Positions 46,258 to 58,135 of a DNA stretch of 64,000 nt are shown in pieces. Source of the stretch: Verrucomicrobiota bacterium (GTDB lineage: Bacteria > Verrucomicrobiota > Verrucomicrobiia > Opitutales > Coraliomargaritaceae). The first letter of the stretch is position 1. Each line of letters begins with the position of its first letter. The position numbers and the translations under genes were made by a program. The DNA is taken from the NCBI GenBank assembly GCA_039815375.1, contig JBCBZJ010000005.1, positions 82,337-146,336 on the forward strand, written 5' to 3'. Under the pieces are notes generated by a model. The model had not been told where the DNA came from, made no database searches, and saw only the letters and a program-made list of their open reading frames with translations.

Positions 46258-46931
46258 CAGTTGCCGGGTTCACCTTTGGTTTCTTCCGGGTTTTCAATTT
46301 CCACCGCGTCTGTTTTTCCAGGAGGCACGACTGCGCCGCCCGAGATGATTAGTTTCATGCCGTCAGCGATGCTCATTTTCAGCCTGGTCACGCTATCTTC
46401 AGGCAGCATGAGGAGGAATCCGCTGGTTGGATTCGGCGTTGTCGGGATGAAGATGTTCACGATCTGGGCACCTGTCACCTCCTGTGGTTCACCCTTCGCT
46501 TTACTGGTAAGGAACCCCAGCGCGAAGCAGTTCGGTCTTGGATACTCAATTAGAACGACCTCCTGAAAAACTGCCTTCTTTTGCTGCCCGAATGTATCGA
46601 CGATCTGTTTGACGGTGCGGTAAATCGTGTTGATGAAAGGCACGCGGTCGAGCAGGAGCTCGAGCCAGCTTAGAAGAATACGACCTAAAACAAAACGCGA
46701 CCCGTAGCCGAGCAGTGTGATAATCAGGAAAACGAAGATAATGGAGATCACTTCGAGCCCAAACTGTATAACCGGGTAATCACGGAAATCCCTATCCAAG
46801 AACCAGAAAAACAGGTTGCTCGCTGGTGTGCCAAGCTTCTCCAGGAGAAAATTAATGACGATGATGGTAACGCCTAGCGGCAAAATAACGATGATGCCAG
46901 TGATGAAGGCGTTGCGAATGGATCGGAACAT
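46257..46931 (-). CDS. DUF502 family membrane protein
   Basis: FITGIIVILP, IEYPR and FIPTTPNPTSGF motifs. Confidence 0.9.
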   Translation of the reverse strand: MFRSIRNAFITGIIVILPLGVTIIVINFLLEKLGTPASNLFFWFLDRDFRDYPVIQFGLEVISIIFVFLIITLLGYGSRFVLGRILLSWLELLLDRVPFINTIYRTVKQIVDTFGQQKKAVFQEVVLIEYPRPNCFALGFLTSKAKGEPQEVTGAQIVNIFIPTTPNPTSGFLLMLPEDSVTRLKMSIADGMKLIISGGAVVPPGKTDAVEIENPEETKGEPGN

Positions 46932-47037
46932 AAGTGTGGTCGGGAACAGTCCTCAGAATTGGCAACAAGTCGATGCCCGCAACTTTAAATGAGGGATTCC
47001 CTTGCCATTCTTCAGTGCAATGGATGTATCTCCCGCG

Positions 47038-47619
47038 ATGCAAAATCTCCACCATGCTTACGATGGCCTTATCTTTGATATGGACGGCACTTTGGCCGAT
47101 ACAATGCCGACACATTTCGTGGCCTGGTCGCGATCCATGGAGGAGCATGGTATCGAATTTCCGGAAGACCGATTTTATGCTCTGGGTGGTGTCCCTGCTA
47201 ACAAGATAGTTGCGGTTTTGGCTGAAGAGCAGGGTCTGAAGGTCGATGCCGACGCTGTAGCCGATGCAAAAGAGGAGCTTTTTCTGGAACTGCTGCAGGA
47301 TGTGCAGCCGATTCTACCCGTGAAAGCGATTGCCGAGTTTCACCGTGAGCATATCCCGATGGCAGTTGCGACCGGTAGCCCGAAGTGGCTTGCGGAAAAG
47401 TTGCTCAAGGCGCTTCATATGCTCGACTGGTTTGATGCAATTGTGGGTGCAGAGTGTGTCGAAAATCCCAAGCCTGCTCCCGACGTGTATCTGAAGGCTG
47501 CCGAGCTGATCGGAGTCGACCCGAGGCGCTGCCACGCCTTCGAAGATACTGTGCTCGGTATGGAATCTGCGCGTAACGCAGGCATGGTCGTCGTCGATAT
47601 CAATACCTTGCTGCATTAG
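47038..47619 (+). CDS. HAD phosphatase (beta-PGM/YqaB family)
   Basis: IFDMDGTL, PKPAPD and FED motifs. Confidence 0.92.
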   Translation: MQNLHHAYDGLIFDMDGTLADTMPTHFVAWSRSMEEHGIEFPEDRFYALGGVPANKIVAVLAEEQGLKVDADAVADAKEELFLELLQDVQPILPVKAIAEFHREHIPMAVATGSPKWLAEKLLKALHMLDWFDAIVGAECVENPKPAPDVYLKAAELIGVDPRRCHAFEDTVLGMESARNAGMVVVDINTLLH

Positions 47620-47739
47620 TCTAAGGAGAGCTGCCAAACCGATGCTTTACATGCTGTTACGCAGTCGTAGTTTGTAGCGTTTTGAGAAATTCTCTGCGTC
47701 TTGAATCCCCGCACCGCAGGCTAGACAAATTTAATTTAT

Positions 47740-49074
47740 ATGAAGCAACGCACCATCCTGAGGGAGGTCTCGATCAAAGGTAAGTCTCTTCACACCGGAG
47801 AGGAAGTTCAGCTCACGCTCAAGCCGGCAGAGGCCAATGCCGGCATCCTTTTCCGTCGTGTGGATATGCTTGGAAAGCCGGAACTGAAGCCTGTTGTTGA
47901 CCTTGTCGACGACCTTGTTCGCAGCACAACGATTGCCGATGGTCATGCCAAGGTGCACACCGTCGAGCATGTCCTGAGCGCACTGAACGGCTGTGGGGTA
48001 GACAATGCAATTATCGAAATGGACGCGAGTGAGCCGCCGATTCTGGATGGCTCTGCCAAACATTTCGTCAATCTCGTCCAGGAGGCCGAGCCAGTCGAAC
48101 AGGATGCCGAGCGTGAGTATTTCACACTTGAGGAGCCAATTTCAGTTACGCGTGGAGGCAGCTCGCTAATCGCGCTCCCGCATGATGGGTTTCGAATTAC
48201 CTGCACCTCTGCGGACGACCGGGGTATCCATACGCAGCACCTCAGCCTGGATGTCGACCCGGAAACTTATGTTGCGCAGATCGCACCGGCTCGGACTTTC
48301 ACGATCTACGAGGACATCGAGGAATTGCTCAAGTTGGGTAAAATTAAAGGTGGTAGTCTTGATAGCGCCATTGTGATCAAAGGCGATAAGATCGTATCCA
48401 AAGAGCCACTACGCTTCAACGACGAATTCGTGCGCCACAAGATGCTCGATATCATCGGCGATATCGTTCTCACAGGAATGCCGGTCAAGGCCCATATCGT
48501 GGCCGTTCGCCCGGGCCATGCGCTCAATGCGGAGCTTTCCAAAGCGCTGCGCAAGAAGATCTTCGAAAAGGCCAAGGCTAAAGACAAAAAGTCTGCGAAA
48601 GTTAATTCGCCGGCAGTAGTGGCGACTGAAATTTCGATGGATATTCGCCGTGTGCTGGATCTTTTGCCGCATCGCTATCCCTTCGTGATGGTCGACCGTG
48701 TTATCGAAGTGATCGGTGAGGATGAACTTGTTGCACTCAAGAACGTCACGATCAATGAACCCTATTTCCAAGGGCATTATCCGGGCCGTCCGGTAATGCC
48801 GGGTGTCCTTCAGGTCGAAGCTATGGCTCAGGCTGCCGGTATTTTGCTTCTCCGCAAACTGGATGTGGGAGACAACACCATCGCGTTCTTCATGAGTGCT
48901 GACAAGGTGAAGTTCCGTCAGGCGGTTGAGCCGGGCGATGCCCTTCATATTCACGCGAAGATCACCAAGGTGCGCGGTAAAAAGCTGGCAACTGCAACAG
49001 GTGAGTGCCGGGTTGGGGGTAAAGTCGTTTCCAATGCCGAGCTTATGTTTATGTTGGCCGAAGCAAACGACTAG
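47740..49074 (+). CDS. lpxC: Bifunctional LpxC-FabZ fusion
   Basis: TVEHVLSAL and HKMLD (LpxC); LPHRYPF and [20 protein letters not shown] (FabZ). Confidence 0.96.
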   Translation: MKQRTILREVSIKGKSLHTGEEVQLTLKPAEANAGILFRRVDMLGKPELKPVVDLVDDLVRSTTIADGHAKVHTVEHVLSALNGCGVDNAIIEMDASEPPILDGSAKHFVNLVQEAEPVEQDAEREYFTLEEPISVTRGGSSLIALPHDGFRITCTSADDRGIHTQHLSLDVDPETYVAQIAPARTFTIYEDIEELLKLGKIKGGSLDSAIVIKGDKIVSKEPLRFNDEFVRHKMLDIIGDIVLTGMPVKAHIVAVRPGHALNAELSKALRKKIFEKAKAKDKKSAKVNSPAVVATEISMDIRRVLDLLPHRYPFVMVDRVIEVIGEDELVALKNVTINEPYFQGHYPGRPVMPGVLQVEAMAQAAGILLLRKLDVGDNTIAFFMSADKVKFRQAVEPGDALHIHAKITKVRGKKLATATGECRVGGKVVSNAELMFMLAEAND

Positions 49075-49094
49075 GCATGCAGGACGATTTGCGT

Positions 49095-49871
49095 ATGGCA
49101 ACGGAGATACATCCTACCGCGATCATTGAATCGGGAGCCGAGCTTGACGAGGGTGTTGTGGTAGGGGCTTATGCTTATATCGGGTCGAACGTTCGAATTT
49201 CAAAGGGCACGCATGTCATGCATCATGCCACTGTTGATGGCGCCACTGTTATGGGTGAAAACAATGAAGTTCACCCTTACGCTTACATCGGTGGCAAGAC
49301 TCACGACATGAAATACCGTGGCGGGGTGCATGGGTTGACGATTGGATCCGGCAATGTCTTTCGCGAGTTCACCACGATTCATTGTGCGACCAGCGAAGGC
49401 CTGATGACTACAATCGGGGATAATAATCTTATTCTCGCCTACAGCCATATCGCGCACGAGTGCACCGTTGGTAAACATCTCGTCATGAGTAGTCACGCTG
49501 CGCTGGGGGGGCACGTTGAGGTCGGTGACCATGTTAACGTTGGCTGGGGAGTTGGCGTGCATCAATTCTGCCGTTTAGGTAATCATGCTATGGCAGGTGC
49601 GGCCTCAAAGGTTGTCCAGGATGTGCCTCCTTACATGATTTCCGATGGTAATCCGGCGATGGTTCGGACGATCAACAAAATAGGTCTCGATCGTGCGGGA
49701 TTTTCTACGGACGATATCGCACTGGTTCGCCGTATCTTCAAAGTCTTTTATAAAGAAGGCCTCAATCGTGGCCAGGCGATGGAGCAACTCAAGTTGGATG
49801 ATGCGGCAGAGTCAGATATCGTCACAGCCTTTCTTGCTTTTGTTGAGGCAAGTGAGCGCGGACTTTCCTAA
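49095..49871 (+). CDS. lpxA: UDP-N-acetylglucosamine acyltransferase
   Basis: IHPTAII hexapeptide repeats; HIAHEC, VHQFCR and QDVPPY motifs. Confidence 0.95.
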   Translation: MATEIHPTAIIESGAELDEGVVVGAYAYIGSNVRISKGTHVMHHATVDGATVMGENNEVHPYAYIGGKTHDMKYRGGVHGLTIGSGNVFREFTTIHCATSEGLMTTIGDNNLILAYSHIAHECTVGKHLVMSSHAALGGHVEVGDHVNVGWGVGVHQFCRLGNHAMAGAASKVVQDVPPYMISDGNPAMVRTINKIGLDRAGFSTDDIALVRRIFKVFYKEGLNRGQAMEQLKLDDAAESDIVTAFLAFVEASERGLS

Positions 49872-49919
49872 AGGAACCTGTAGCCTTGATTTCGAGTCCT
49901 TTTAAATCAAGTTCGAGTC

Positions 49920-51404
49920 ATGGTTAAGATGGTTAGAATAGCTAAAAGCAGCCTTATTGCTGTTTTTGTTTTATGCTCTCTAACAGGTCAGGTTGGTTGT
50001 GCAGTCGAGGAGCATCAGGTCGATTTTGAACTCTCGCTTGATCCCGAACCGATCAACCGGGAGGACCCGAAATACCTTACCAGCTATGCACCTATTCTTA
50101 AGCCGGCCAAGGAAGCAGTCGTGGCGGTCTACTCCGCCAGTGTGGTTCGCTTCATCCGGCAGCGTGGATTAAATCCTCGTGAGGAGATGTTGCGCCGCTT
50201 CTTCGGAATGCCGCCTTCTGCAGGGGGTGAGCCTGAGGAGATTGAAAGGCGCTATTCCGAGGGTGTGGGTTCTGGTGTGGTTATCTCGCAGGAAGGTTAT
50301 ATTTTAACCAACAATCATGTCATAACAGCCCGTGACGGTGAGCCGGCCGACGAGATTTTTGTCGAGCTCAGTGATGGACGTGAGCTTGCTGCGACTTTGG
50401 TTGGCCGGGACCCGCAGAGTGACCTTGCTGTTTTGCAGGTTGATGCGGACGATCTTCAATACCTCACCATCGCGGATAGTGATCTTCTGGAGGTGGGTGA
50501 CATCGTTTTTGCGATAGGTAACCCGATGGGTATTGGCCTGACCATTACACAAGGAATCGTCTCGGCGACAGGCCGCAGCAACCTACAGATTTTGGGAGAG
50601 TCAGGATATGAGAGTTTTATTCAGACCGATGCACCGATCAATCCTGGCAACTCCGGTGGCGCGCTGGTTGATGCTTATGGTCGCCTGATCGGTATTAACA
50701 CGGCGATCGTTTCGCGAAGCGGCGGCAGTGTCGGACTCGGCTTTGCGATTCCTTCAACGTTTGCCCGCGATATTGCCCTCGATTTGGTTCGAAAAGGTGA
50801 GGTCCGGCGCGGCTTGTTGGGCATTTCGATGGAGGACCTGAATCCGGAATATGCGGAGGCTTTTGGGGTGCCGGAGGAAAAAGGGGCCTTCATTCAGGCA
50901 ATTGCTGAGGGTTTGCCAGCTGAAAAAGCCGGTATCCAGCCAGGTGATGTGGTTGTCGCAGCTAACGGTAAGCCGATTGAAGGCTATCGGGATCTTCGCC
51001 TGGAAGTGGGTGTGGCAGCACCCGATGAAACTATCACTTTAAGCATCCGACGGGAAGGAAAACTGATCGAAATTGATGTTACTTTAGCTGATCCCAGTGA
51101 TCCTTATGGCAACGGTGCTGTTACAGACGAAATTTTGAGTGGTATCGAAGCTTCGGTTTTGGATGACAAAGCACGGCGCAGATACGGGATTGATGAACGT
51201 CTCGACGGACTCGTCGTCACTGGTGTTTCATCGGATTCTCCTTATGCCACGGGTTTTGCAGAGGGTGCATTGATTCTCGAGATCAACGGTCAACAGCCAC
51301 GTTCATTTGATCATGCTAAGACCTTGCTCGAATCGCGGGCTATTAGCCGTGTTCTGGTCTACGCTCAAGGGCGCACAGCTTACCTTTCGGTACGTGCTGA
51401 ATAA
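49920..51404 (+). CDS. Do/DegP/HtrA family serine protease with two PDZ domains
   Basis: TNNHV, SDLAVL and INPGNSGG catalytic-triad motifs. Confidence 0.95.
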   Translation: MVKMVRIAKSSLIAVFVLCSLTGQVGCAVEEHQVDFELSLDPEPINREDPKYLTSYAPILKPAKEAVVAVYSASVVRFIRQRGLNPREEMLRRFFGMPPSAGGEPEEIERRYSEGVGSGVVISQEGYILTNNHVITARDGEPADEIFVELSDGRELAATLVGRDPQSDLAVLQVDADDLQYLTIADSDLLEVGDIVFAIGNPMGIGLTITQGIVSATGRSNLQILGESGYESFIQTDAPINPGNSGGALVDAYGRLIGINTAIVSRSGGSVGLGFAIPSTFARDIALDLVRKGEVRRGLLGISMEDLNPEYAEAFGVPEEKGAFIQAIAEGLPAEKAGIQPGDVVVAANGKPIEGYRDLRLEVGVAAPDETITLSIRREGKLIEIDVTLADPSDPYGNGAVTDEILSGIEASVLDDKARRRYGIDERLDGLVVTGVSSDSPYATGFAEGALILEINGQQPRSFDHAKTLLESRAISRVLVYAQGRTAYLSVRAE

Positions 51405-51464
51405 GCTCTCTGATGTCTTGACGTGATTGCTATCAATAGCGCATCTTAAAAGATAATTTTACTG

Positions 51465-51989
51465 ATGCAGCAGCACCGCGCACTGATTTTACGCAGCAAT
51501 CGTTTTCTTGGCTCCGCTCTCGTAGACCGGGGACTTGTTTCCGTTGGCGACCTTGAGGCCGCTAATGAAAAATTCATGGATGCTATCCAAGCCTCGGAAC
51601 TGAAACGTGCTTCAATTCTCAATACATTGTTGTTTGAACTTAAAGCGCTGGAGGAAACCAAGTTCTTGGAGCATCTGGTGGAAGAGGAAGGGCTTGGTCT
51701 CATCGACCTCAGTCATGTCGACCTTCGTTCGCTGCGGCCTCATAATGTCGATCTTTCACTCTGTTGGGTTACCTCAACAATTCCTTTCGACAAGGTTGAA
51801 AATACCTACATGGTTGCGAGTTGTTATTCGCTTAGTGCGCCAGTCTTGAGATGTTGGGAAGAGCTTCTTGATGGTCGAGTCATTTGGTATGGCACTTCAA
51901 CTACATCCATGACGCGAGCGCTCGAACGTATCGAAGAAATCCATGAGGCCGAAGACGCGGCTAGTGCCGAAGAGGAAACCTCGAACTGA
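51465..51989 (+). CDS. Stand-alone MshEN/T2SSE_N-like domain protein
   Basis: RFLGSALVDRGLVSVGDL resembles the MshEN motif; the rest resembles the GspE N-domain; no ATPase domain. Confidence 0.6.
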   Translation: MQQHRALILRSNRFLGSALVDRGLVSVGDLEAANEKFMDAIQASELKRASILNTLLFELKALEETKFLEHLVEEEGLGLIDLSHVDLRSLRPHNVDLSLCWVTSTIPFDKVENTYMVASCYSLSAPVLRCWEELLDGRVIWYGTSTTSMTRALERIEEIHEAEDAASAEEETSN

Positions 51990-52007
51990 CCAGACTAACG
52001 CGAAAAG

Positions 52008-53309
52008 ATGCCTTATAGTGTTCTCATTCTTGACGATGACGTTGATTTCAATAGTCTGCTTACGGATATCTTCGAGCAGGCTAATTACATTGTGACCTCT
52101 CTGACCGATCCATTGGAAGCGGTAGAGGTTTTCCAAGATACACAGTATGATCTTGTCGTGACCGATCATAAGATGCCTGAGATGACAGGCGTGGAGTTCA
52201 TGAAGCGGATTAAGAAGATTCGTCCGCAGGTTCCTGTCATCATGGTTTCCGGTTATCTTGAAAACGATACCATCCGGGAGCTTATCAGTGAAGGCATTGG
52301 TGGAGTCTTTCTTAAGCCGCTGAATATTTTCTCTTTGCTTGAACGCACGATCGAGCTTATCGAGGAGGCGAAGAAGTTGGAGAATACGCCGCAGGGCGAA
52401 GACGGTATGCTGGAGGTTGAATCCGACATGGATGCTAAGCTAGGCTTTGCTTTCAGATCTTTCCCGTGTAAAACCGGTATTTCGACAGCTTTTGCTGAAC
52501 GCCTCTACAGCCTCCGCAATTTTAAATCCACTCTTTCGCTGATCGGTGAGAAGGGTATGCATTATCGTTCGATCTGCGATGATATTCGAGGCTTCTATGA
52601 GTCTGATGCGGAGCACTTTGTTTACCTGAGCAATGGATCGTTCGATAGAGCTCAAGTGCTTTCCCTTATTGAAGAGGCAAAGAAGCAAGGTGCTGAACGT
52701 ATCACCTGTGTCTTGCTCGAGCTCGAAAAGATGAGCAAGGAACAGAAGAAGCTTGCGGCTGCACTACCTAAGCGGGATGGCGATTTCAGTGAAGTCGATC
52801 TGCCCTTGCGGACCATTTTTTGCGTCAACGGCGATCTCGATTCGCTTTTTGATGAAGGACTGATCGACGAGAACCTTTATATTCTGATGGGCACCGCTGA
52901 GGTGCGTGTGCCGCCACTCCGCGAATGTAGCGTTGACGTTGGTGTGATGGCCCAACAGCTCGTCGTTGAAGTGGTCCGTGAAAAAGGTCTGAATGAAATC
53001 CCGCGCTTCGAAAAATCCTCTCGTGATCTCTTCCGCCAACATAAATGGGAGGGGAATTATGAGGAGCTTCGCAGGACCATCCGCAAGATCATGGATTCTG
53101 ATCCTGGCGATGTTTTGGCCCTCAGCGTCGTTAAATCGGTCATGCAAGTGACTAAGGCGGCTTCACCACGCGCTCTTTTCGAGTCTTACCTCTCCAGCCA
53201 TCAAGTCGACCTTGTTCGTGCCGCTGCGGTCCTTTTTGGCGGAGAGCGTCCCAAAGTCGCGAGCTTCTATGCTACGGACACAAATGCTGTAGCTGCCAAA
53301 ATGCAGTAA
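52008..53309 (+). CDS. Response regulator with degenerate sigma54-type AAA+ domain
   Basis: Intact REC (LILDDD, TDHKMP, KP); VRVPPLRE and WEGNYEEL remnants; Walker A/B and GAFTGA not recognisable. Confidence 0.8.
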   Translation: MPYSVLILDDDVDFNSLLTDIFEQANYIVTSLTDPLEAVEVFQDTQYDLVVTDHKMPEMTGVEFMKRIKKIRPQVPVIMVSGYLENDTIRELISEGIGGVFLKPLNIFSLLERTIELIEEAKKLENTPQGEDGMLEVESDMDAKLGFAFRSFPCKTGISTAFAERLYSLRNFKSTLSLIGEKGMHYRSICDDIRGFYESDAEHFVYLSNGSFDRAQVLSLIEEAKKQGAERITCVLLELEKMSKEQKKLAAALPKRDGDFSEVDLPLRTIFCVNGDLDSLFDEGLIDENLYILMGTAEVRVPPLRECSVDVGVMAQQLVVEVVREKGLNEIPRFEKSSRDLFRQHKWEGNYEELRRTIRKIMDSDPGDVLALSVVKSVMQVTKAASPRALFESYLSSHQVDLVRAAAVLFGGERPKVASFYATDTNAVAAKMQ

Positions 53310-53345
53310 ACCAACCTGAACCCACCTATCACAAAATCAAAAAAC

Positions 53346-54662
53346 ATGGCCGGACGTATACTAGTTCTCGACGACGAAGAAAATTACGCCGAGATGTTGC
53401 AGGAACTACTCCGTGACAATGATTATCGGGTAGATACGGCGACGCGGCCTGAGCGCGCAATAGACCGGCTTGAAGAGATTCCATACGATCTCGTTATCTC
53501 TGACTATAAGATGCCGGTTATGGATGGGGCTGATTTCCTTAAGAAATCTCGCGAACTGTATCCGAATCTTCCTTTCATTCTCGTTTCTGGGCTCATGAAC
53601 ACTCCCGAGCTCGTCAAAGTTGCGAATATGAGCGTTACCTTGGTCATGGAAAAGCCTCTGGATACCGAGGCTTTCCTGTCACACGTGGCACGTTTTTCTG
53701 AGCCGATGACGGAGGAAGAGAAGATTGCGCTTCAAAAAGAAATCGAAAGTGATGGAGCGGACATCGAAGTGTCTTCGGCAAATTACCCGGAGGAACCTCG
53801 TTTCTTCAGTGCTGTCAGCATTTCCTCCAAACGTTTCATGCAAAAAGCATGGGCCATCGCCAACGAAGGCAATAAACTTTATATTCTTGAGCCTATTGGA
53901 GGTGATGCTGAACTCGCGGCAAAGGATGTTTCGCAGTGGCGTGGCAATGGTGATTTGCCGGTCAGCAGCTTTGAGCTTCCAATATCAAATGAGGAGGCGA
54001 TCGGGAAACTCCGTGAGATCCTCGCCGAGCCTATGCAAAGCACTACGATTTGTGTCCGGCTAACATCCATTTCACAGCTTGCTCAAGCGGCTCAACTTAC
54101 CGACCTGGCCACGACAGAACTCGAAGATGCAGCGAATCTCCTTCTTGTTTTCATTCTTGGTACCAGCGAAGCCGGTGCTTTCCTGGAGCAGGCAGGTGAT
54201 CATGCAGTGGTTCTTCCAGAGCTTGCCGATCGTCCTTCCGACGTGGCTTACTACGCCCGTCGTTTTGCCCGCATTGCAAGTGAACGCTCGGGCAAAAAGA
54301 ACTGTTCAGAGTTCACGCCCGAGGCAGCCTATTTGATCCTCTCGCACGATTGGGCCGGTGGCTATAAGCAAGTTCAGAAAGTTGTCACGGAGGCTGTTGC
54401 TTCCATTGAAGTCGACGAGGCGATCCCTGTGGAGATTCTTGATCAGGTTCTAGGTCTCGGAGAATCTCCGATTGTAGCTCCCGAAGGTCGTCTGGCTGCA
54501 CTTATGGATTTGGCTCAAAAGCGCTACTTTGAGAAGGAGATGAATTCTGCCGGGTTGACAGCTGCTGAGCTCGCCGAGAAACTCGAATTTGGGGTTGGTA
54601 TTCAAACTCGTGATGATCTGCAGAGTATGTCGCTGGTTAAAGCCGATCTCGCCAAGCTTTAA
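53346..54662 (+). CDS. Response regulator with degenerate sigma54-type AAA+ domain
   Basis: Intact REC (LVLDDE, SDYKMP, KP); [11 protein letters not shown] and HDWAGG remnants. Confidence 0.8.
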   Translation: MAGRILVLDDEENYAEMLQELLRDNDYRVDTATRPERAIDRLEEIPYDLVISDYKMPVMDGADFLKKSRELYPNLPFILVSGLMNTPELVKVANMSVTLVMEKPLDTEAFLSHVARFSEPMTEEEKIALQKEIESDGADIEVSSANYPEEPRFFSAVSISSKRFMQKAWAIANEGNKLYILEPIGGDAELAAKDVSQWRGNGDLPVSSFELPISNEEAIGKLREILAEPMQSTTICVRLTSISQLAQAAQLTDLATTELEDAANLLLVFILGTSEAGAFLEQAGDHAVVLPELADRPSDVAYYARRFARIASERSGKKNCSEFTPEAAYLILSHDWAGGYKQVQKVVTEAVASIEVDEAIPVEILDQVLGLGESPIVAPEGRLAALMDLAQKRYFEKEMNSAGLTAAELAEKLEFGVGIQTRDDLQSMSLVKADLAKL

Positions 54663-54679
54663 CCCTCTCCCTTCGAATT

Positions 54680-56455
54680 ATGGCACTCGCCCGCATCCAG
54701 AACGCTATTCTTGAGAATCTTCTCAGGATGGGGCATCTCAGTGATGGCCAGTATCGCAATATTGCTGATACCGAAGAGGAAATGTCGGGTGAAGCGATCG
54801 AAAAGCTCCTGACCGAGGAATACAGAATCAGTCAACACCAGCTACTCTTCGCCAAGAGCGAGGCTTTCAATCTCACCCCGGTAAACATAAAACGCTGCCT
54901 CGTCAGCGAAATGACCTTCTCCAAACTGGATAAGGATTTCTGTCAGGAAAACAAGGTCTTGCCGCTCGGTTTCGCTGGAGAATTCATCATCATCGCCTTG
55001 AGTAATCCTTTTGACCTTCGAGTCACTGCAAAGGTGCAGGAACTCTCCGGGATGAAGGTTTCCATTCTTCTTGGCCTCGAGTCCGAGATTCATCGCGCCC
55101 TCGACGACAAGAGTGATCAACACCAGGCTGTCGGCTTTGGCGATGTGGTTGAGGCCCTCGGCGCTGACTACGAGAACGAAGATGATATCGACGAGGACGA
55201 GTTCACCGACGAAGAGTCCGCCCCCATCATCAAGCTCGCCAACCGTATCATTGAAGAGGCCTACTTCTCGGGCGGCAGTGATGTTCATATTGAGCCCTTT
55301 GAGAAGGAGACCCGCGTTCGTGTCCGTGTCGATGGCGTGCTTCAGAACAAGCTAACCATCCCGCCTGCAGCTTCCGGCGCACTGCTCGCTCGTCTCAAAG
55401 TCATGGCTCAGCTTGATATCGCTGAAAAGCGTATGCCGCAGGACGGGCGTATTATTTTCAAACAGTTTAATAAAAAGGGCATCGATGTGGACCTCCGTGT
55501 CTCTACCGCGCCGCTCAATCACGGGGAGGGTATCGTTATGCGTATCCTCGATAAGCAAAAGAGCACGTTGCCGCTCCCAGCACTCGGTTTCTCCGAGCGC
55601 AACCTCGGCATCTATCGTGATCTGATTACGCGCCCCTACGGTATGATACTCCACTGTGGACCTACCGGTTCCGGTAAGTCCATGACGCTTTACTCAGCGC
55701 TGAACGAGATCAACACCGCCGATATCTGCATCCGCACTGCCGAGGACCCCATTGAATATACGCTCGCTGGTCTCCTGCAGATGCAGATGCAGCGTAAGAT
55801 TGGCCTGACCTTTGCCACCGCACTGCGCTCATTCCTCCGTCAGGACCCCGACGTCATACTCGTGGGCGAGATTCGGGATAAGGAAACCGCGGGCATCGCC
55901 GTCGAAGCCGCGCTTACTGGCCATATGCTCTTCAGCACGCTCCACACCAACGATGCACCTACCACCATTTCACGTCTTACTGAAATGGGGATTGAGCCCT
56001 TCATGATTTCCGCCTCTCTCGTCTGTGTTTGTGCTCAGCGCCTGATGCGTCGGGTCTGCAAGTCTTGTAAGAAGAATTATATGCAGGAAGGCAACGAGGC
56101 TGAGATTATACGGCGTGCTATCGATTGGTCCGGTAAGGTGCCGGGTGCTTCGGAAGATGGCTGCGCTGCTTGCGGTGGCAGCGGCTACAAAGGCCGGGTC
56201 GGTATTCACGAGCTCATGGCCACCAGCGAAGAACTCGTAAAAGCTATCAACGCCGATGAAGAGGCCGCCGTTATCAAACGCATCGCGATGCGAAACGGCA
56301 TGTATACCCTTCACCAGGATAGTATGCTCAAAGTAAAGGAAGGTCTCACCACCATGGAAGAGGCCCTTTCCACCGTCCCGCCGGATATGGAAGAATACGA
56401 AGAAGTGAAGCAGGCGCCAAAAAAGCAGCCCAAGCCTGCAGAAGCTTCCGCGTAG
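54680..56455 (+). CDS. GspE/PilB family secretion/pilus assembly ATPase
   Basis: [34 protein letters not shown], Cys4 zinc motif, GYKGR. Confidence 0.95.
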   Translation: MALARIQNAILENLLRMGHLSDGQYRNIADTEEEMSGEAIEKLLTEEYRISQHQLLFAKSEAFNLTPVNIKRCLVSEMTFSKLDKDFCQENKVLPLGFAGEFIIIALSNPFDLRVTAKVQELSGMKVSILLGLESEIHRALDDKSDQHQAVGFGDVVEALGADYENEDDIDEDEFTDEESAPIIKLANRIIEEAYFSGGSDVHIEPFEKETRVRVRVDGVLQNKLTIPPAASGALLARLKVMAQLDIAEKRMPQDGRIIFKQFNKKGIDVDLRVSTAPLNHGEGIVMRILDKQKSTLPLPALGFSERNLGIYRDLITRPYGMILHCGPTGSGKSMTLYSALNEINTADICIRTAEDPIEYTLAGLLQMQMQRKIGLTFATALRSFLRQDPDVILVGEIRDKETAGIAVEAALTGHMLFSTLHTNDAPTTISRLTEMGIEPFMISASLVCVCAQRLMRRVCKSCKKNYMQEGNEAEIIRRAIDWSGKVPGASEDGCAACGGSGYKGRVGIHELMATSEELVKAINADEEAAVIKRIAMRNGMYTLHQDSMLKVKEGLTTMEEALSTVPPDMEEYEEVKQAPKKQPKPAEASA

Positions 56456-56770
56456 CCGCGTGGTTCAATCCGATAGCACTGCGTAGGGAATGATCTCACT
56501 ACGTGAATGTATCTCAGGACTGAAGCTTGAAAGGCTTGTTCTATTTTTAACAATTGAATTTTCAGTTTTCTGACTAGTCCTGAGTTATCCTAGTGCCGGG
56601 CGTTCAACCCATTGTCTGCTTCGATTTCGAGATACGTGAGCAGTAAAGTAACGCTTTTAACAATTCATTAGACATACCCTTAGTGGCGGTGTTTATAAAG
56701 TTTCCAACTCGTCAAGGGTTAGGCGGTGAAATGATGTTCTGTTTGATTCCAAAGCAATTGAAGCGCCCAG

Positions 56771-57673
56771 TTATTCATCATTGATCAAAGAAATTATGGC
56801 TTCATCTATTTCATAAATATATACAGGTGTTCTTTGCTCATCGTAGTTATGGTCTACTACAATATAGATGCGACCTTGGTGAAACGAGAGGTCCGATGCA
56901 GCACAGGACTGAATGCCAAAGACGTGGTCTACTTCAAAGGTTAACGCGTTCGCCACAATAATAGAGGTGTAACTCTCGCTCAGGATGAAAAGCCTATTAT
57001 TGCCATAAGCTATACCAGAGAAGACAAGGCTTCGTATATCAGCCTTTTCCTTAAGAAATCCGCCGAATTGAAGTTCGTGTTCGGAACCTTTATCGAGGTT
57101 GAGTATCGTGACATTGTCCTCTGAAGTAGCAAAAAGGCCATTTGGAGAATCTGTAATACCTGAGTATTCAATGGCGGCAATGTTGGCAGGCAAACTTGTG
57201 TCTGCGGCTCTGGTCCAACCGGTCTGATCATTTTCCAACCATGTTGGCATGGAACCAAACTCACCAATGCCATAGAGCTTGTTGCCCTTGACCTCGATTC
57301 CCTCTAAAGAGCCCTGTTTGAATAGTAGTGGTCCGCCCAGAAGGTAGAAAGCCTCAGAAGCATTCTTGAAATTATTGTCGAACTTAAAAATCTCAGTTTG
57401 ATCAGTTGAGATATAGACGGCGCCGTTGCGGTGTTTGATTCCTGAGGGCTGCTCGACCGAAGCAGGTAGCGTAACAACCTCAATCGGAGATAACAGACCA
57501 GTCAACTTGAGTGGACTGTCCGCAGCCGAGGTCTGCACTTCATTTGGGCTGCCTATCTCTGATATAATGTCGAGTGCGATGTGAACCCCAAGTCTTGTAT
57601 TCAATAAGAAGTAGCTTCCTATCAAGCCAATGGTAAGAATGGCAATGAATGCAAAATTGGTATTACGTTTCAT
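56771..57673 (-). CDS. SdiA-regulated/YjiK-like beta-propeller protein
   Basis: Repeated PSGI/LEGI/YSGI/FSGIAY blade motifs; N-terminal TM. Confidence 0.6.
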   Translation of the reverse strand: MKRNTNFAFIAILTIGLIGSYFLLNTRLGVHIALDIISEIGSPNEVQTSAADSPLKLTGLLSPIEVVTLPASVEQPSGIKHRNGAVYISTDQTEIFKFDNNFKNASEAFYLLGGPLLFKQGSLEGIEVKGNKLYGIGEFGSMPTWLENDQTGWTRAADTSLPANIAAIEYSGITDSPNGLFATSEDNVTILNLDKGSEHELQFGGFLKEKADIRSLVFSGIAYGNNRLFILSESYTSIIVANALTFEVDHVFGIQSCAASDLSFHQGRIYIVVDHNYDEQRTPVYIYEIDEAIISLINDE

Positions 57674-57820
57674 CGGGAAGGGTGACGTTCCAATGCCACT
57701 GCTGAGTCCGTTTATTCGAGCTGGTGCAGGAACGACGACAGTATGAGCTTAGCGCTATGACTGGGTCTGCGCTTCATATGGCTGGATATTCGTGTTTAGT
57801 GAAGTAGGGCCTTTCTCACT

Positions 57821-58108
57821 TTAGAACCCAGAAAAAAGTGACGCGATGAATTCGCAAATCATAGCGACCCCCTCTACGATCAATTCCACTATTCCAGTCA
57901 GTATTTCCAGAAACCCATCAGCACTTTCTGTAAATGCTGGTCCAACGATTGCAGCCAGCGCAGCTACATAGACTGCCATAAAAACAGTAGTCAGCTCGAA
58001 AACTAAAACCAGGATTGTCGTAATCAGAAATGTGAAGATACCCAAAGCTGCAAATGCTCTCTGAACGATTCCGTGCTTTCGTTTATGATTCTTTTCTTCT
58101 TTTTGCAT
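57821..58108 (-). CDS. Small hypothetical membrane protein
   Basis: 95 aa, hydrophobic. Confidence 0.65.
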   Translation of the reverse strand: MQKEEKNHKRKHGIVQRAFAALGIFTFLITTILVLVFELTTVFMAVYVAALAAIVGPAFTESADGFLEILTGIVELIVEGVAMICEFIASLFSGF

Positions 58109-58135
58109 TTCTGAATGTATAACATTTGCGTGCCG

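Noticed and set aside
47740..49074. LpxC-FabZ fusion as a novelty
   Set aside because: A well-known fusion in several phyla.
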